Shown piece by piece: positions 26,764 to 54,152 of a stretch of 64,000 nt of DNA (positions are counted from its first letter, which is position 1; each line of letters begins with the position of its first letter). The DNA is from Macrostomum lignano (Eukaryota): assembly GCA_002269645.1 (NCBI GenBank), contig NIVC01000093.1, positions 434,001 through 498,000 on the forward strand, in the 5' to 3' direction. The position numbers and the translations under genes were made by a program. The notes beneath the pieces are model-generated. The model was not told the DNA's origin. It saw only the letters and a program-made list of their open reading frames with translations, and did no database searches.

Positions 26764-29220
26764 GGGCAGTATTGGAAATCTCACCTATCTAGAAAGGGCA
26801 GTATTGGAAATCTCACCTATCTAGAAAGGGCAGTATTGGAAATCTCACCTATCTAGAAAGGGCAGTATTGGAAATCTCACCAATCTAGAAAGGGCAGTAT
26901 TGGAAATCTCACCTATCTAGAAAGGGCAGTATTGGAAGTCTCACCTATCTAGAAAGGGCAGCATTGGAAATCTCACCTATCTAGAAAGGGCAGCATTGGA
27001 AATCTCACCTATCTATTAAGGGCAGCATTGGAAATCTCACCTATCTAGTAAGGGCAGCATTGTAAATCTCACCTATCTAGTAAGGGCAGTATTGGAAATC
27101 TCACCTATCTAGAAAGGGCAGTATTGGAAATCTCACCTATCTAGAAAGGGCAGTATTGGAAATCTCACCTATCTAGTAAGGGCAGCATTGGAAATCTCAC
27201 CTATCTAGAAAGGGCAGCATTGGAAATCTCACCTATCTATTAAGGGCAGCATTGGAAATCTCACCTATCTATTAAGGGCAGCATTGTAAATCTCACCTAT
27301 CTAGTAAGGGCAGTATTGGAAATCTCACCTATCTAGAAAGGGCAGTATTGGAAATCTCACCTATCTAGTAAGGGCAGTATTGGAAATCTCACCTATCTAG
27401 TAAGGGCAGCATTGGAAATCTCACCTATCTAGAAAGGGCAGTATTGGAAATCTCACTTATCTAGTAAGGGCAGTATTGGAAATCTCACCTATCTAGTAAG
27501 GGCAGCATTGTAAATCTCACCTATCTAGTAAGGGCAGTATTGGAAATCTCACTTATCTAGTAAGGGCAGTATTGGAAATCTCACCTATCTAGTAAGGGCA
27601 GCATTGTAAATCTCACCTATCTAGTAAGGGCAGTATTGGAAATCTCACCTATCTAGAAAGGGCAGTATTGGAAATCTCACCTATCTAGTAAGGGCAGTAT
27701 TGGAAATCTCACCTATCTAGAAAGGGCAGCATTGGAAATCTCACCTATCTAGTAAGGGCAGTATTGGAAATCTCACCTATCTAGAAAGGGCAGTATTGGA
27801 AATCTCACCTATCTAGTAAGGGCAGCATTGGAAATCTCACCTATCTAGAAAGGGCAGCATTGGAAATCTCACCTATCTATTAAGGGCAGCATTGGAAATC
27901 TCACCTATCTAGTAAGGGCAGCATTGTAAATCTCACCTATCTAGTAAGGGCAGTATTGGAAATCTCACTTATCTAGTAAGGGCAGTATTGGAAATCTCAC
28001 CTATCTAGTAAGGGCAGCATTGTAAATCTCACCTATCTAGTAAGGGCAGTATTGGAAATCTCACCTATCTAGAAAGGGCAGTATTGGAAATCTCACCTAT
28101 CTAGTAAGGGCAGTATTGGAAATCTCACCTATCTAGAAAGGGCAGCATTGGAAATCTCACCTATCTAGTAAGGGCAGTATTGGAAATCTCACCTATCTAG
28201 AAAGGGCAGTATTGGAAATCTCACCTATCTAGTAAGGGCAGCATTGGAAATCTCACCTATCTAGAAAGGGCAGCATTGGAAATCTCACCTATCTATTAAG
28301 GGCAGCATTGGAAATCTCACCTATCTAGTAAGGGCAGCATTGTAAATCTCACCTATCTAGTAAGGGCAGTATTGGAAATCTCACCTATCTAGAAAGGTCA
28401 GTATTGGAAATCTCACCTATCTAGAAAGGGCAGTATTGGAAATCTCACCTATCTAGTAAGGGCAGCATTGGAAATCTCACCTATCTAGAAAGGGCAGCAT
28501 TGGAAATCTCACCTATCTATTAAGGGCAGCATTGGAAATCTCACTTATCTAGTAAGGGCAGCATTGTAAATCTCACCTATCTAGTAAGGGCAGTATTGGA
28601 AATCTCACCTATCTAGAAAGGGCAGTATTGGAAATCTCACCTATCTAGAAAGGGCAGTATTGGAAGTCCCACCTATCTAGAAAGGGCAGTATTGGAAATC
28701 TCACCTACCTAGAAAGGGCAGTATTGGAAATCTCACCTATCTAGTAAGGGCAGCATTGGAAATCTCACCTATCTAGAAAGGGCAGTATTGGAAATCTCAC
28801 CTATCTAGTAAGGGCAGCATTGGAAATCTCACCTATCTAGAAAGGGCAGTATTGGAAATTTCACCTATCTAGAAAGGGCAGTATTGGAAATCTCACTTAT
28901 CTAGTAAGGGCAGTATTGGAAATCTCACCTATCTAGTAAGGGCAGCATTGTAAATCTCACCTATCTAGTAAGGGCAGTATTGGAAATCTCACCTATCTAG
29001 AAAGGGCAGTATTGGAAATCTCACCTATCTAGAAAGGGCAGTATTGGAAATCTCACCTATCTAGAAAGGGCAGTATTGGAAATCTCACCTATCTAGAAAG
29101 GGCAGTATTGGAAGTCTCACCTATCTAGAAAGGGCAGTATTGGAAATCTCACCTACCTAGAAAGGGCAGTATTGGAAATCTCACCTATCTAGAAAGGGCA
29201 GTATTGGAAATCTCACCTAG
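26764..29220. repeat. 32-bp minisatellite, ~77 copies
   Basis: Unit aaagggcagtattggaaatctcacctatctag, spacing 32 (26764 to 26796). Confidence 0.98.
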
Positions 29221-29934
29221 CACATCGAAAGCCTTGACGTCAGACACAGAAAGAAAGCAGTAAAGTTGGCAAATAAATAAGGCAACACATCTATTAATAG
29301 CAGACTGCAGATTTTGGAACTCTATATTTAATTTGTTCGTCGTGTGGCTTTGATCAACAAGATGCAGGCAGCTGGTTCTTATCTTACTGACTGGAGAAGC
29401 TGCGCACAAAACGGATACAAGGAGACAGGAAGAGAAAAAAAAAGCTCAAGACAAACAATAGGTAAAGCAAACTGCTCCGACTCAAAATAATTCCACTTGA
29501 CATAGAAAAATAAAACCATAGACAAAAATAAAAGTAATACTGTTGCATTACTTGCGTTGTCATTCCCATAATGGTATTTGTAATAATATTAATAATAATA
29601 GTAATAATAGTAATATTATTAGTAATATTATTCAATACTATAGCAAGATTAAATGTTTGCATTATTACTATTATTACTATTACTATTAGTGTCATTAGTT
29701 TAAGAAGTAAATATTAAAACAATAAATATAGTTTTTGATCAAAACAAGAAAATCCTGTGTTATTATTTATTATACTAATAGCATTACACAGCGGAAACGC
29801 ACGACTTAAGGATAACAAAATATACACTGTTGCTTGACAAGAAGCGCAGAGACCCTTCCGAAGCTCCAGTGGTAGCGGGAAGATTCTACCCCTCTGAAGC
29901 TTCAGAAATCAACCGAGGCTTTAGGGCACCGAAG

Positions 29935-30520
29935 GAGACCTACTGAAGCTTCAGGAGTACCGGAGAAGCTTCAGGTACCGGAGAAGCTTTAGGGGTACCG
30001 GAGAAGCTTTAGGGGTACCGGAGAAGCTTCAGGGGTACCGGAGAAGCTTTAGGGGTACCGGAGAAGCTTTAGGGGTACCGGAGAAGCTTCAGGGGTACTG
30101 GAGAAGCTTCAGGAGTACCGGAGAAGCTTTAGGGGTACCGGAGAAGCTTCAGGGGTACCGGAGAAGCTTTACGGGTACCGGAGAAGCTTCAGGAGTACCG
30201 GAGAAGCTTTAGGGGTACCGGAGAAGCTTTACGGGTACCGGAGAAGCTTCAGGTACCGGAGAAGCTTTAGGGGTACCGGAGAAGCTTTAGGGTACCGGAA
30301 GAGACCTATTGAAGCTTCAGGGGTACCGGAGAAGCCTCGGGGGTACGGCAGAAGCTTCAGGGGTATTTGAGGCTATGGTAGAGGCTATAGAGGCTATAGA
30401 TAGACCGGAGAAGCTTCAGGTGTACCGGAGAAGTTTCAGGGGTACCGGAGAAGCTTCAGGTGTACCTGATAAGCTTCAGGGGTACCGGAGAAGCCCAACT
30501 GAAGCTTCAGGGGTATGGCA
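29935..30520. repeat. 20-bp palindrome-rich minisatellite downstream of RIC8
   Basis: Unit ccggagaagcttcaggggta (contains aagctt and ggtacc). Confidence 0.95.
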
Positions 30521-30675
30521 GAAGTCCTACTGGAGCTTCAAAAACCTTGACTCCAGACACCTACTGAAGAGAAGGAATAAAGATTAGGGAATGCTTCAGC
30601 ATTTGACTGTTTGCAACTTTGACGACACAAAGCTAAAAGAACAAAAATCGTCATTAAGTTAAACTGAAAACTTGT

Positions 30676-44049
<13,374 letters not shown>

Positions 44050-44071
44050 ATAAAAATTGTTTGTGTAATAA

Positions 44072-44106
<35 letters not shown>

Positions 44107-45014
44107 TTAGTATCAGTTATTGTTAGCTTTTGATAGGGGACCCGGTCGAGATGGATAGAAGGTTGCTGGAAATAGATAGACCGCAGAATGTTATATTTTC
44201 TCGACATTGACAATTCCCCTACCCGGGGTTGGGAGAGGGCACTCTCAGGCAACAGCCTCTGCCTTCTCTGCTTCTGCTGTCTCTCTCTGCATCTCCCACC
44301 CACTCATCCTCCATCCAATGACGAAGAGTCGGGGTGGGTGGGGGTGTTTGAAGGCACTTTTATCGGGGCTACGAGTTGGCAGGGGGAGAGGAGAGAGGAG
44401 GAGGAGGGGTTTCTTCCCGGATTGGTGGGCTGGCTTTCGCGCGGCGTGACCAGAATGAGAAACGACTTAGGAAGGGAAGCGAGGTTGAGAATCGCTGATA
44501 GACAGGATGGAGGTTGGGAGGGGGGGGGGTAGCTAGGGGGAGGGGGCACAGATAGGCCGTAGGCCCCTGGGGATGCGGATTTTTGCCGAGGAAAGAGAGG
44601 GGCTGGTGCTCCTGGCTGCTGAGAGTCGTGTCTGTCAGTGCGCGCGTTTGTGAAGGATAAAAAAATTGAAGCCACAACAGCTAAGAGTAGAATTGGTCAG
44701 CCCCAGGCTTAAATACTCTGGGGATAGAAGAAAACCAGGGGAAGAGGGGAGAGTAAAGAGATATTAGAGACGATATTAGAGCGCGAGTGACAAGCGCAAA
44801 TCAGCTTAGCTCACTAGGCGATTAGCCACAAGCGTTGCTTTCCTAGATACCCAATACACCTAGCTTCATTAATCAATGCAAAAGGCAAATGACTTGTTTA
44901 TTTTGCATAGGCGAAGACGATGGAGAACTATTAGAAAATGGTATCTCGTAGAGATTAGAACAATTGGTAAGATAGTTACCCCTTTAATTGAAGTTTTATC
45001 AAGTTTTTTAAGTT

Positions 45015-45722
45015 TACTGAGGCGGGTTGGAGAGGCTTGCTGAGGCGGGTTGGAGAGGCTTGCTGAGGCGGGTTGGAGAGGCTTGCTGAGGCGGGTTGGA
45101 GAGGCTTACTGAGGCGGGTTGGAGAGGCTTGCTGAGGCGGGTTGGAGAGGCCTACTGAGGCGGGTTGGAGAGGCTTGCTGAGGCGGGTTGGAGAGGCTTA
45201 CTGAGGCGGGTTGGAGAGGCTTGCTGAGGCGGGTTGGAGAGGCTTACTGAGGCGGGTTGGAGAGGCTTGCTGAGGCGGGTTGGAGAGGCCTACTGAGGCG
45301 GGTTGGAGAGGCTTGCTGAGGCGGGTTGGAGAGGCTTACTGAGGCGGGTTGGAGAGGCTTGCTGAGGCGGGTTGGAGAGGCCTACTGAGGCGGGTTGGAG
45401 AGGCTTACTGAGGCGGGTTGGAGAGGCTTACTGGTGCGGGTTGGAGAGGCTTACTGGTGCGGGTTGGAGAGGCTTACTGAGGCGGGTTGGAGAGGCTTAC
45501 TGAGGCGGGTTGGAGAGGCTTACTGGTGCGGGTTGGAGTGGCTTACTGGTGCGGGTTGGAGAGGCTTACTGGTGCGTGTTGGAGTGGCTTACTGGTGCGG
45601 GTTGGAGAGGCTTACTGGTGCGGGTTGGAGAGGCCTACTGAGGCGGGTTGGAGAGGCTTACTGAGGCGGTTGGAGTGGCTTACTGGTGCGGGTTGGAGAG
45701 GCTTACTGAGGCGGTTGGAGTA
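45015..45722. repeat. 23-bp G-rich minisatellite between BOP1 and RIC8
   Basis: Unit tgaggcgggttggagaggctt(g/a)c. Confidence 0.97.
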
Positions 45723-46234
45723 CCAGTTTTAAAGTGGTTCCTCATTTTATTTTCACTTAATTACCAGAATGCACTTTTATAACTTTGTCTCTACCTCTTC
45801 CATGAGTAGCTAATATAAGTCCCTCAACACAGCTACGATTTTTACTGCCGTTGATCTAAACCCAATGATTTGAAATAGTTCTAGAAGTACTATAAATAAA
45901 GAAAAGACAAAAACATAACAGGGTTGCAAGGATTTATCCAACAATCGAAAACAGTAAGATACACTGGACTATTTTAGAGGCAAAAACAGTCAACAATGCG
46001 TTTACTTTGAATTTAGCATTCAATTCAGTTGAACAAGAAGATAATTGACATATGTCGAACTATTAGTTAAATTGACATTCGAAATGCAAGCGAGCCAACT
46101 TACTGATAGTAGGAGTACAGGCGTTTTTATCATCCTAATAATTTTAAACCGAGTTTCGAATATCGATTATCGCAATGTTCGATTTAAACCGAATATCGCA
46201 AGTCCTATTATAAATCCCACAGGTCTGATGCCAA

Positions 46235-46990
46235 ATGTCAAGACTCTCAAACCGAATCGCAAGACTCTTAAACCGAATCCAAAGATTCTCATATCGAATC
46301 GAATCTCAAGACTCTCATATCGAATCTCAAGACTCTCATATCGAATCTCAAGACTCTCATACCGAAGCTAAGACTCTAAACCGAATCTCAAGACTCTTAA
46401 AAAAACGAATCTCAAGACTCTTAAACCGAATCTAAAGACTCTATTATCGAATCTCAAGACTCTCAAACCGAAGCGAAGACTCTCAAACCGAATCTCAAGA
46501 CTCTTAAACCGAATCTCAAGACTCTCAAACCGAATCTCAAGACTCTTAAACCGAATCTCAAGACTCTCAAACCGAAGCGAAGACTCTCAAACCGAATCTC
46601 AAGACTCTTAAACCGAATCTCAAGACTCTTAAACCGAATCTAAAGACTCTCATACCGAAGCGAAGACTCTCAAACCGAATCTCAAGACTCTTAAACCGAA
46701 TCTAAAGACTCTATTATCGAATCTCAAGACTCTCATACCGAAGCTAAGACTCTTAAACCGAATCTCAAGACTCTCAAACCGAAGCGAAGACTCTCAAACC
46801 GAATCTCAAGACTCTTAAACCGAATCTCAAGACTCAAACCGAAGCGAAGACTCTCAAACCGAAGCTAAGACTCTCGAACCGAATCTCAAGACTCTCATAC
46901 CGAAGCGAAGACTCTCAAACCGAATCTCAAGACTCTTAAACCGAATCTAAAGATTCTATTATCGAATCTCAAGACTCTCATACCGAATCT
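46235..46990. repeat. 21-bp minisatellite downstream of BOP1
   Basis: Unit aaccgaatctcaagactct(t/c)a. Confidence 0.95.
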
Positions 46991-47154
46991 TACAAGTTCC
47001 ATTTCGAAACCCGGAAAATTTTATTTTGAATGATTAGCTAGCCACTTTAAAACTTGCACTACACAAAAAACCTTACTTTTACCGGGTAAACAGTGGGAGC
47101 AACTATTCCTGCCTAATTATGGTGAAAAAACACTCGTCATCGTTTCTGTCCGTT

Positions 47155-50100
47155 TCAAGAAGAATAGAACACGATACGACCGTCAGAACCGCCGGTGACA
47201 AGCCAGGGCAGGCGAGGATGAAAGTCGCAGGCGGTGACTCGCACAATCCCGCTGCCGCCGACGCTTCCAACTTGATGGCCGCGCAGGCGTTTCACTGGCA
47301 CTAGCAGCGGATTCTCTAGCAGGTCGGCGTACACCCTGCTGTGCAGCACTAAACAGCTGCCATCGTCGCTAACAGACGCGCTTAGTGGCAGCGACGGATG
47401 AACGACGCATTGTCGGACTCCGTCGGAGTGAATTCGAAGCTGCTTGTAGGGAGTGCAGGCCAAATCCAGATCGAACCAGGCCAAACGACTGTCCAGACTG
47501 CCGGCTAGCAGGTGGCAGCCGGTTGGATGAACGCTGAGACAGCTCAACGCGCGGGCGTTTGGCTTCAGAGTCTTCAGCTTGGTGAGCTTGGCCAAGTCGT
47601 ACACCTTTAGTAGGTAGAGTTTTAATTGTGTTCAAATTTGAATTCTAATGCTTACATTTGATTGACTCCCAAAAAATCCCATGAGTGCCACATTGAATCT
47701 CAAAAGAGTCTTATACTGAATCTTATGAGTCTCATGCTGAGTCTTATAAGTCTCATACTGAATCTCAAGAACCTCATACCGAATTTCAACAATATCATTC
47801 TGAGTCTCAGGAGTCTCGTATCGAATCTAAAAACTCTCGCGCCGAGTTCAAAGAGTCTTATACAGAGTCTCATGAGTCTCATACCGAGCCTCATACTGAG
47901 TCTCAAGAGTCCCATATCGAGTCTGAAGAATCTAATACTGAGTCTCATACCCAGTCTGAAGAGTCTCATACCCAGTCTCAAGAGTCTCATACTTAATCTC
48001 ATACTGAGGCTTAACACTCATACCGAGTCTAAAGAGTCTCATACCGAGCCTCATGAGTCTGATACCGAGTCTCATGAGTGTCATACCGAGACTCATACTG
48101 AGTCTCATAAGTCTCATACGGAGTCTAAAAGTCTCATACCGAGTCTAAAGAGTCTCATACCGAGTCTTATGAGTGTCATACCGAGACTTATACTGAGTCT
48201 CATAAGTCTCATACGGAGTCTCATGAGTGTCATACCGAGACTTATACTGAGTCTCATAAGTCTCATACGGAGTCTCATGAGTGTCATACCGAGACTTATA
48301 CTGAGTCTCATAAGTCTCATACGGAGTCTCATGAGTGTCATACCGAGACTTATACTGAGTCTCATAAGTCTCATACGGAGTCTAAAAGTCTCATACGGAG
48401 TCTAAAAGTCTCATACCGAGTCTAAAGAGTCTCATACCGAGTCTAAAAGTCTCATACCGAGTCTAAAGAGTCTCATACCGAGCCTCATGAGTCTGATACC
48501 GAGTCTCATGAGTGTCATACCGAGACTTATACTGAGTTTAAAGACTCTCACACCGAATTCCAAGACTCACTTGAATCCTAGCCTTCTCGGCCACGTAGAG
48601 CACAGGCTTCACCGGATCGAACTGGGCACAGCAAACCGCCGCTGTGGCCGCCTTCTTGCCGGCGCCACCTAACGGAGACTGGCTAGATCTAGTCGTCAGC
48701 CGGTGCACCAGTAGGGAGCCGCTGTCAGATACGGTCAGAAAATAATCACCCTGACGATGCCAAGCAAGCTGTGTGACACCGCCTTGAGCAGTAGGCAATT
48801 GTACAGTTGCCAGAGTGCGAGACTTTGTTGTTGCAGCGCCATTAGCGGACGCTTCGGTGGAGACAATAGTCCAAGTGGCTGCTGACTGTTGCTGCTGCTG
48901 TTGCTCGCGAGAAGTGGCGGCCCAAGCTTCGGCAAATCGAGATGCCAACAGCCGGTCGCAGCTGATTAGTTCAGTGTGTAGTGGGGAAATACTATCTTAG
49001 ATACTATGAATAACTAAATTTCACTAGCAAAAAATGCGTTTATCTACTAGCTTTAGTCAGTAGCAAAATTCGCGTTTTTTTATATTTTTTATTTTCGGAA
49101 TATTAATTTTTTCCGGAATATTATTCAAACTAAAGGGGTGGTACAGAAAGCCCAGCCTCTCTACTAGCTCACTTTAAACGCTATTTTACTTAATTTTACC
49201 TACTACTCTCTGATTCGAAGATAAGCATGGACTAAAAAACTGAAACAGATGTCCATTTTAAGACACACATACCGATTATATGAAAAATACTGATTTAAGA
49301 AAGAGATACAGATTCTGAGAAACAAATACTGATTTTAAGAAACAGATACAGATTCAAAAAAACACATACCAATTCCGAGAAACAGATACGGATTCTAAGA
49401 AACAGATAGCAATTCTGAGAAACAGATGCGGATTCTAAGAAACAGATAGCAATTCTGAGAAACAGATGCGGATTCTAAGAAACATATACCGATTCTGAGA
49501 AACAGATACGGATTCTAAGAAACATATACCGATTCTGAGAAACAGATACCCATTCTAAGAAACAGATACCGATTCTAAGAAACTTATACCGATTCTAAGA
49601 ATAGATACCGATTCTAAGAAACAAAAAACCAGTCCTAAGAAACAGGATAGATTCTGAGAGATCCATACAGCTTCCACGTAATTGCTAGACTCTAATAAAT
49701 AGAAATTTAAGAAATTGATGAACTTATTAAATCGATAGGCATTCTAAGAAAAAGATACAGATTCTAAGAAACAAAAATACACATTTGATCATTATTTATA
49801 ACTCTCACCGATCCGTAGCAACCAGGTACACCCGTCCGGAGCCGGCTCCACCAGCGGCGATGCACGGCCGATCGGCGCACGGATTCCACGCGGCCGAGAC
49901 CAGGCCGCCTTCACTTGCGGACTCCAACTGGGCCGACCAGGCCCTATAGCCGGTGGTGAGTTCGAATACGGCTAGGCGGCCGCCGGCGCCTGACGCGGCA
50001 AACCATTGACCGCTGGGATCAACAGAGCAGGCGGTGATGGGGAGCGGCTGCTGACTGTCCTGAGCTTCCTCTGGCCAGGCCAGATACTGCAACACGCGCA

Positions 50101-53100
50101 GATGTGGAAAAGGTCGCAAATCTCTTGGAGCGGGCAATTTGGGCAGCAGATCCTCAGGATCCATGCTAACCCGATGTCGGACAACTCGGGCCGCCAGATG
50201 TAAATCTTGGCAACGCTCGTAGCTGAGTTAAGCAGAGTGGCGATGGTTAGAAATTTTTAGAAATACAGAATGAAAGTAGCGACCCATTACATGAGGCAGT
50301 TTAAAGCCTTAAACTTATGTAGTATTATGTAAGCCTACAAAGAATCAACCGTCCAACAGTCTGTAAGCCGCTACACCTCAACAGTCCCTACAGTCTGTAA
50401 GCCGCTACACCTCAACGGTCTCTACAGTCTGTAAGCCGCTACACCTCAACAGTCCCTACAGTCTGTAAGCCGCTACACCTCAATGGTCTTACAGTCTGTA
50501 AGCCGCTACACCTCAATGGTCTTACAGACTGTAGGCCGCTACACCTCAATGGTCTTACAGTCTGTAAGCCGCTACACCTCAATGGTCTTACAGTCTGTAA
50601 GCCGCTACACCTCAACAGTCCTACAGTCTGTAAGCCGCTACACCTCAATGGTCTTAGTCTGTAAGCCGCTACACCTCAATGGTCTTACAGTCTGTAAGCC
50701 GCTACACCTCAATGGTCTTACAGACTGTAGGCCGCTACACCTCAATGGTCTTACAGTCTGTAAGCCGCTACACCTCAATGGTCTTACAGTCTGTAAGCCG
50801 CTACACCTCAACAGTCCTACAGTCTGTAAGCCGCTACACCTCAATGGTCTTAGTCTGTAAGCCGCTACACCTCAATGGTCCCTACAGTCTGTAAGCCGCT
50901 ACACCTCAACAGTCCCTACAGTCTGTAAGTCGCTACACCTCAACGGTCCCTACAGTCTGTAAGTCGCTACACCTCAACGGTCTCTACAGTCTGTAAGTCG
51001 CTACACCTCAACGGTCCCTACAGTCTGTAAGCCGCTATATCTCAACAGTCCTACAGTCTGTAAACCGCTATATCTTAACAGTCCTACAGTCTGTAAGCCG
51101 CTATATCTCAACAGTCCCTACAGTCTGTAAGCCGCTATTTCTCAACAGTCCCTACAGTCTGTAAGCCGCTATATCTCAACAGTCCTACAGTCTGTAAGGC
51201 CACAAAAAAGTTCCCTATTCGCTAAATCGCTAAAACTGCACAGCAGCTCACAGCTCCGATGTGTATCCCGGATACGCCGGCACGCGTCGCAGAGCCGCGT
51301 ATTTGGTTGGCACAAAGTCAACCCGACGTTCGTAATCCTCTTGATTGCGCCATTTCTCCAATTCTTCGTCATCGAATAGGTACTCCTCTGGCGGATTGTA
51401 GCTCTCGTAGTGCGTTGGCGGCGCCTATGAATATTATTGTAATTTTGCAAAAAATTAGCTCATTTTGCTGAACAAAAAAGCTATCAAACTATCGATTAAT
51501 CAATCGATCAACCTATTAATGAATCAATCTATCAATAAATCAATCCATCAAACTATTAATGAATCAATCTATCAATGAATCAATCTATCAACGAATCAAT
51601 CGATCAACCTATTAATGAGTCAATCTATCAATTAATCAATCGATCAAACTATCAATGAATCAATCTATAAAGCTGTTAATGCATTAATATATTAATTAAT
51701 CAGTCTATCAACAAATCAATCGATCAACCTATCAATGAATCAATCTATCAATAAATCAATCAATCAACCTATCAATGAATCAATCTACCAAAGTATTAAT
51801 GCAGTCTATCAACTAATCAATCTACAAAACTATTAATGCAGTCTATCAACTAATCAATCGATCAACCTATCAATGAATCAACCTATCCATGAATTAATCT
51901 ATCAAACTATTAATGCATCAATCTATCAATTAATCAACCTACCAATGAATTAATCGATCAACCAAATCGCCTAATACTTCATCAATCAGTCAAGTCACTA
52001 CCTGGTCAATTTTATCAATCTGCTTAATCAATCAATTATCTACCAAGACCATAAAGGTACTAGGTACCTTCTTAGGCGGCCTAATATAAGGCAGTTTCCG
52101 TCTAATAGCTTCGTCCTCGTCGCCTGCCTGCCGATCCCAGATGTCGTAAAATCTGTTGGCATTGTCACCTCGGGCGGCAGCTTCGCGTTGGCGACGCGCT
52201 TCGGCCCGCTGCTCACCGGTGAGCATCCAGCCCATCTTGATGGCGTGCACCATGCGCCCCACGCGGAGCCGCTCCCATTTAGATGGCACAAACGAGCTTT
52301 TACTTGGCGGGTGAGCAGTCACGGGCGTTGCCATGGTGTCAGAGGTGAACCAGTCGGTCTGAGAAGATTGGACAAATTAAACATACAGATTGAGGCATTT
52401 TCTAGAAAAGTAAGGCAGAGGCTAGTAGACACCCTGACACAAACTAGACACACTCTGACACAAACGAGACACACACTGACACAAACTAGACACACCCTCA
52501 CACAAACTAGACACACCCTCACACAAACTATACACAGCCTGACACCAACTAGACACGCCCTGACACAAACTAGACACACCCTGACACAAACTAGACACAC
52601 ACTGACACAAACTGGACACACACTGACACAAACTAGACACACCCTGACACAAACTAGACACAATCTGACACAAACTAGACACAATCTGACACAAACTAGA
52701 CATTCTCAGACACACTAGACACATCCTGACACAAACTAGACACACCTTGACACAAACTACATGTAGACACACCCTGACACAAACTAAATGTAGACACACC
52801 CTGACACAAACTACATGGAGACACATCCTGACACAAACTACATGTAGTCACAACCTGAGACAAAATAGACACACCCAGACACACCGTGACACAAACTTAC
52901 ACAAAGTGAAAACACTCAGACATATGAAGAAGATACAGCTTGACACAAAGTAAAAACACTCAGACACAAACTGACACAACCTGACAAACTAAACACAATC
53001 TGACACACAAACTAGACACAATATGACACAAACTAAACACAATCTGGCACAAACTAGACACAATCTGACACAAACTAGACACAGTCTGACACAACCTAGA

Positions 53101-54064
53101 CACAATCTGACACAAACTAGACACAATCTGACACAAACTAGACACAGTCTGACACAACCTAGACACAATCTGACACAAACTAGACACAATCTGACACAAA
53201 CTAGACACAATCTGACACAAACTAGACACAATCTGACACAAACTAGACACAATCTGACACAATCTGACAGACTAGACACAATCTGACACAAACTAGACAC
53301 AATCTGACACAAACTAGACACAATCTGACACAAACTAGACACAATCTGACACAAACTAGACACAATCTGACACAATCTGACACAATCTGACACAAACTAC
53401 ATGTAGACACAACCTGACACAAATCTAGTTAGACACACCCTGACAGACACAAAGTACATGTAGACACCTGACAAACTACATGTAGACACACCCTGACACA
53501 AACTATATGTAGACACAACCTGACACAAACTAGACAACCTGACATAGTGACAGAGTGAAAACACTGAGACACTGTAAGGAGACACCCTGACACAAACTAC
53601 ATGTAGGCACAACCTGACACAGAGTAGACACACCGATACACTCAGACACAAAGAACAAACAAAGGACAAATTAACAAAATTCCCAAACAATAACGCATTC
53701 AGCTTACGTGGTCCTCGTATGGATCAACATTGGGATCCGGCACGCGACCCCGCACAATGTTCTTAACTAACTGTACATCCTCGTCGCACAGAACAATTCG
53801 CTGCCCAGTTTTGGGGTCGATAACAGTTCTCCAGTATTCTGGATCGTCCATCTTGGCCATGAAATCGTCTAACTGATCCCCAGTGTCTGGCTTCATTAGT
53901 TTCTTACCCTCGGTATCGTAGCCAATATGAGGATATTTTGTATACCAATGCATTGGCACGTTCCCAACCGTATTGCGTATGTCCTCATCATCTGACGAAT
54001 CGTAATCATATTCGTCTGGAGCTGTCAGAGGCGATTCAATTGGCTGCTTTTTAATCTCCGACAT
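47155..54064 (-). CDS. BOP1: Ribosome biogenesis protein BOP1/Erb1 (WD40), ~691 aa
   Basis: Exons 54064-53708, 52358-52068, 51424-51252, 50222-49809, 48961-48571 and 47604-47155, all GT-AG and phase-consistent. [91 protein letters not shown]. Confidence 0.96.
47690..48565. repeat. gagtctcataccga-based minisatellite with a 54-bp higher-order unit, BOP1 intron 5
   Basis: Direct reading; the 18-aa period in the spurious ORF corresponds to 54 bp. Confidence 0.93.
49265..49780. repeat. ~21-bp minisatellite, BOP1 intron 4
   Basis: Unit gattctaagaaacagatacc(a/g). Confidence 0.9.
50355..51200. repeat. ~33-bp minisatellite, BOP1 intron 3
   Basis: Unit acagtctgtaagccgctacacctcaatggtctt. Confidence 0.96.
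51480..52035. repeat. Degenerate atcaat/ctatca repeat, BOP1 intron 2
   Basis: atcaatgaatcaatctatca-like units. Confidence 0.88.
52430..53660. repeat. 21-bp minisatellite, BOP1 intron 1
   Basis: Unit gacacaaactagacacaatct. Confidence 0.95.
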
Positions 54065-54152
54065 TGCTAAAGCTCTGCAATATTGTTAACAGAAAATAGT
54101 TTATATTGGTTGTGGTAATTTAGGGGCTTTGTAAAACGTGCTTGTAGCTTAA

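Noticed and set aside
26764-29220. 32-bp regular repeat as a CRISPR array
   Set aside because: Units are head-to-tail with no unique spacers, there are no cas genes, and the context is eukaryotic.
50223-50240. U12-type branch point (tgcttaac)
   Set aside because: The matching donor is gtgagc (U2 type), not GTATCCTT, and the motif is too close to the AG.
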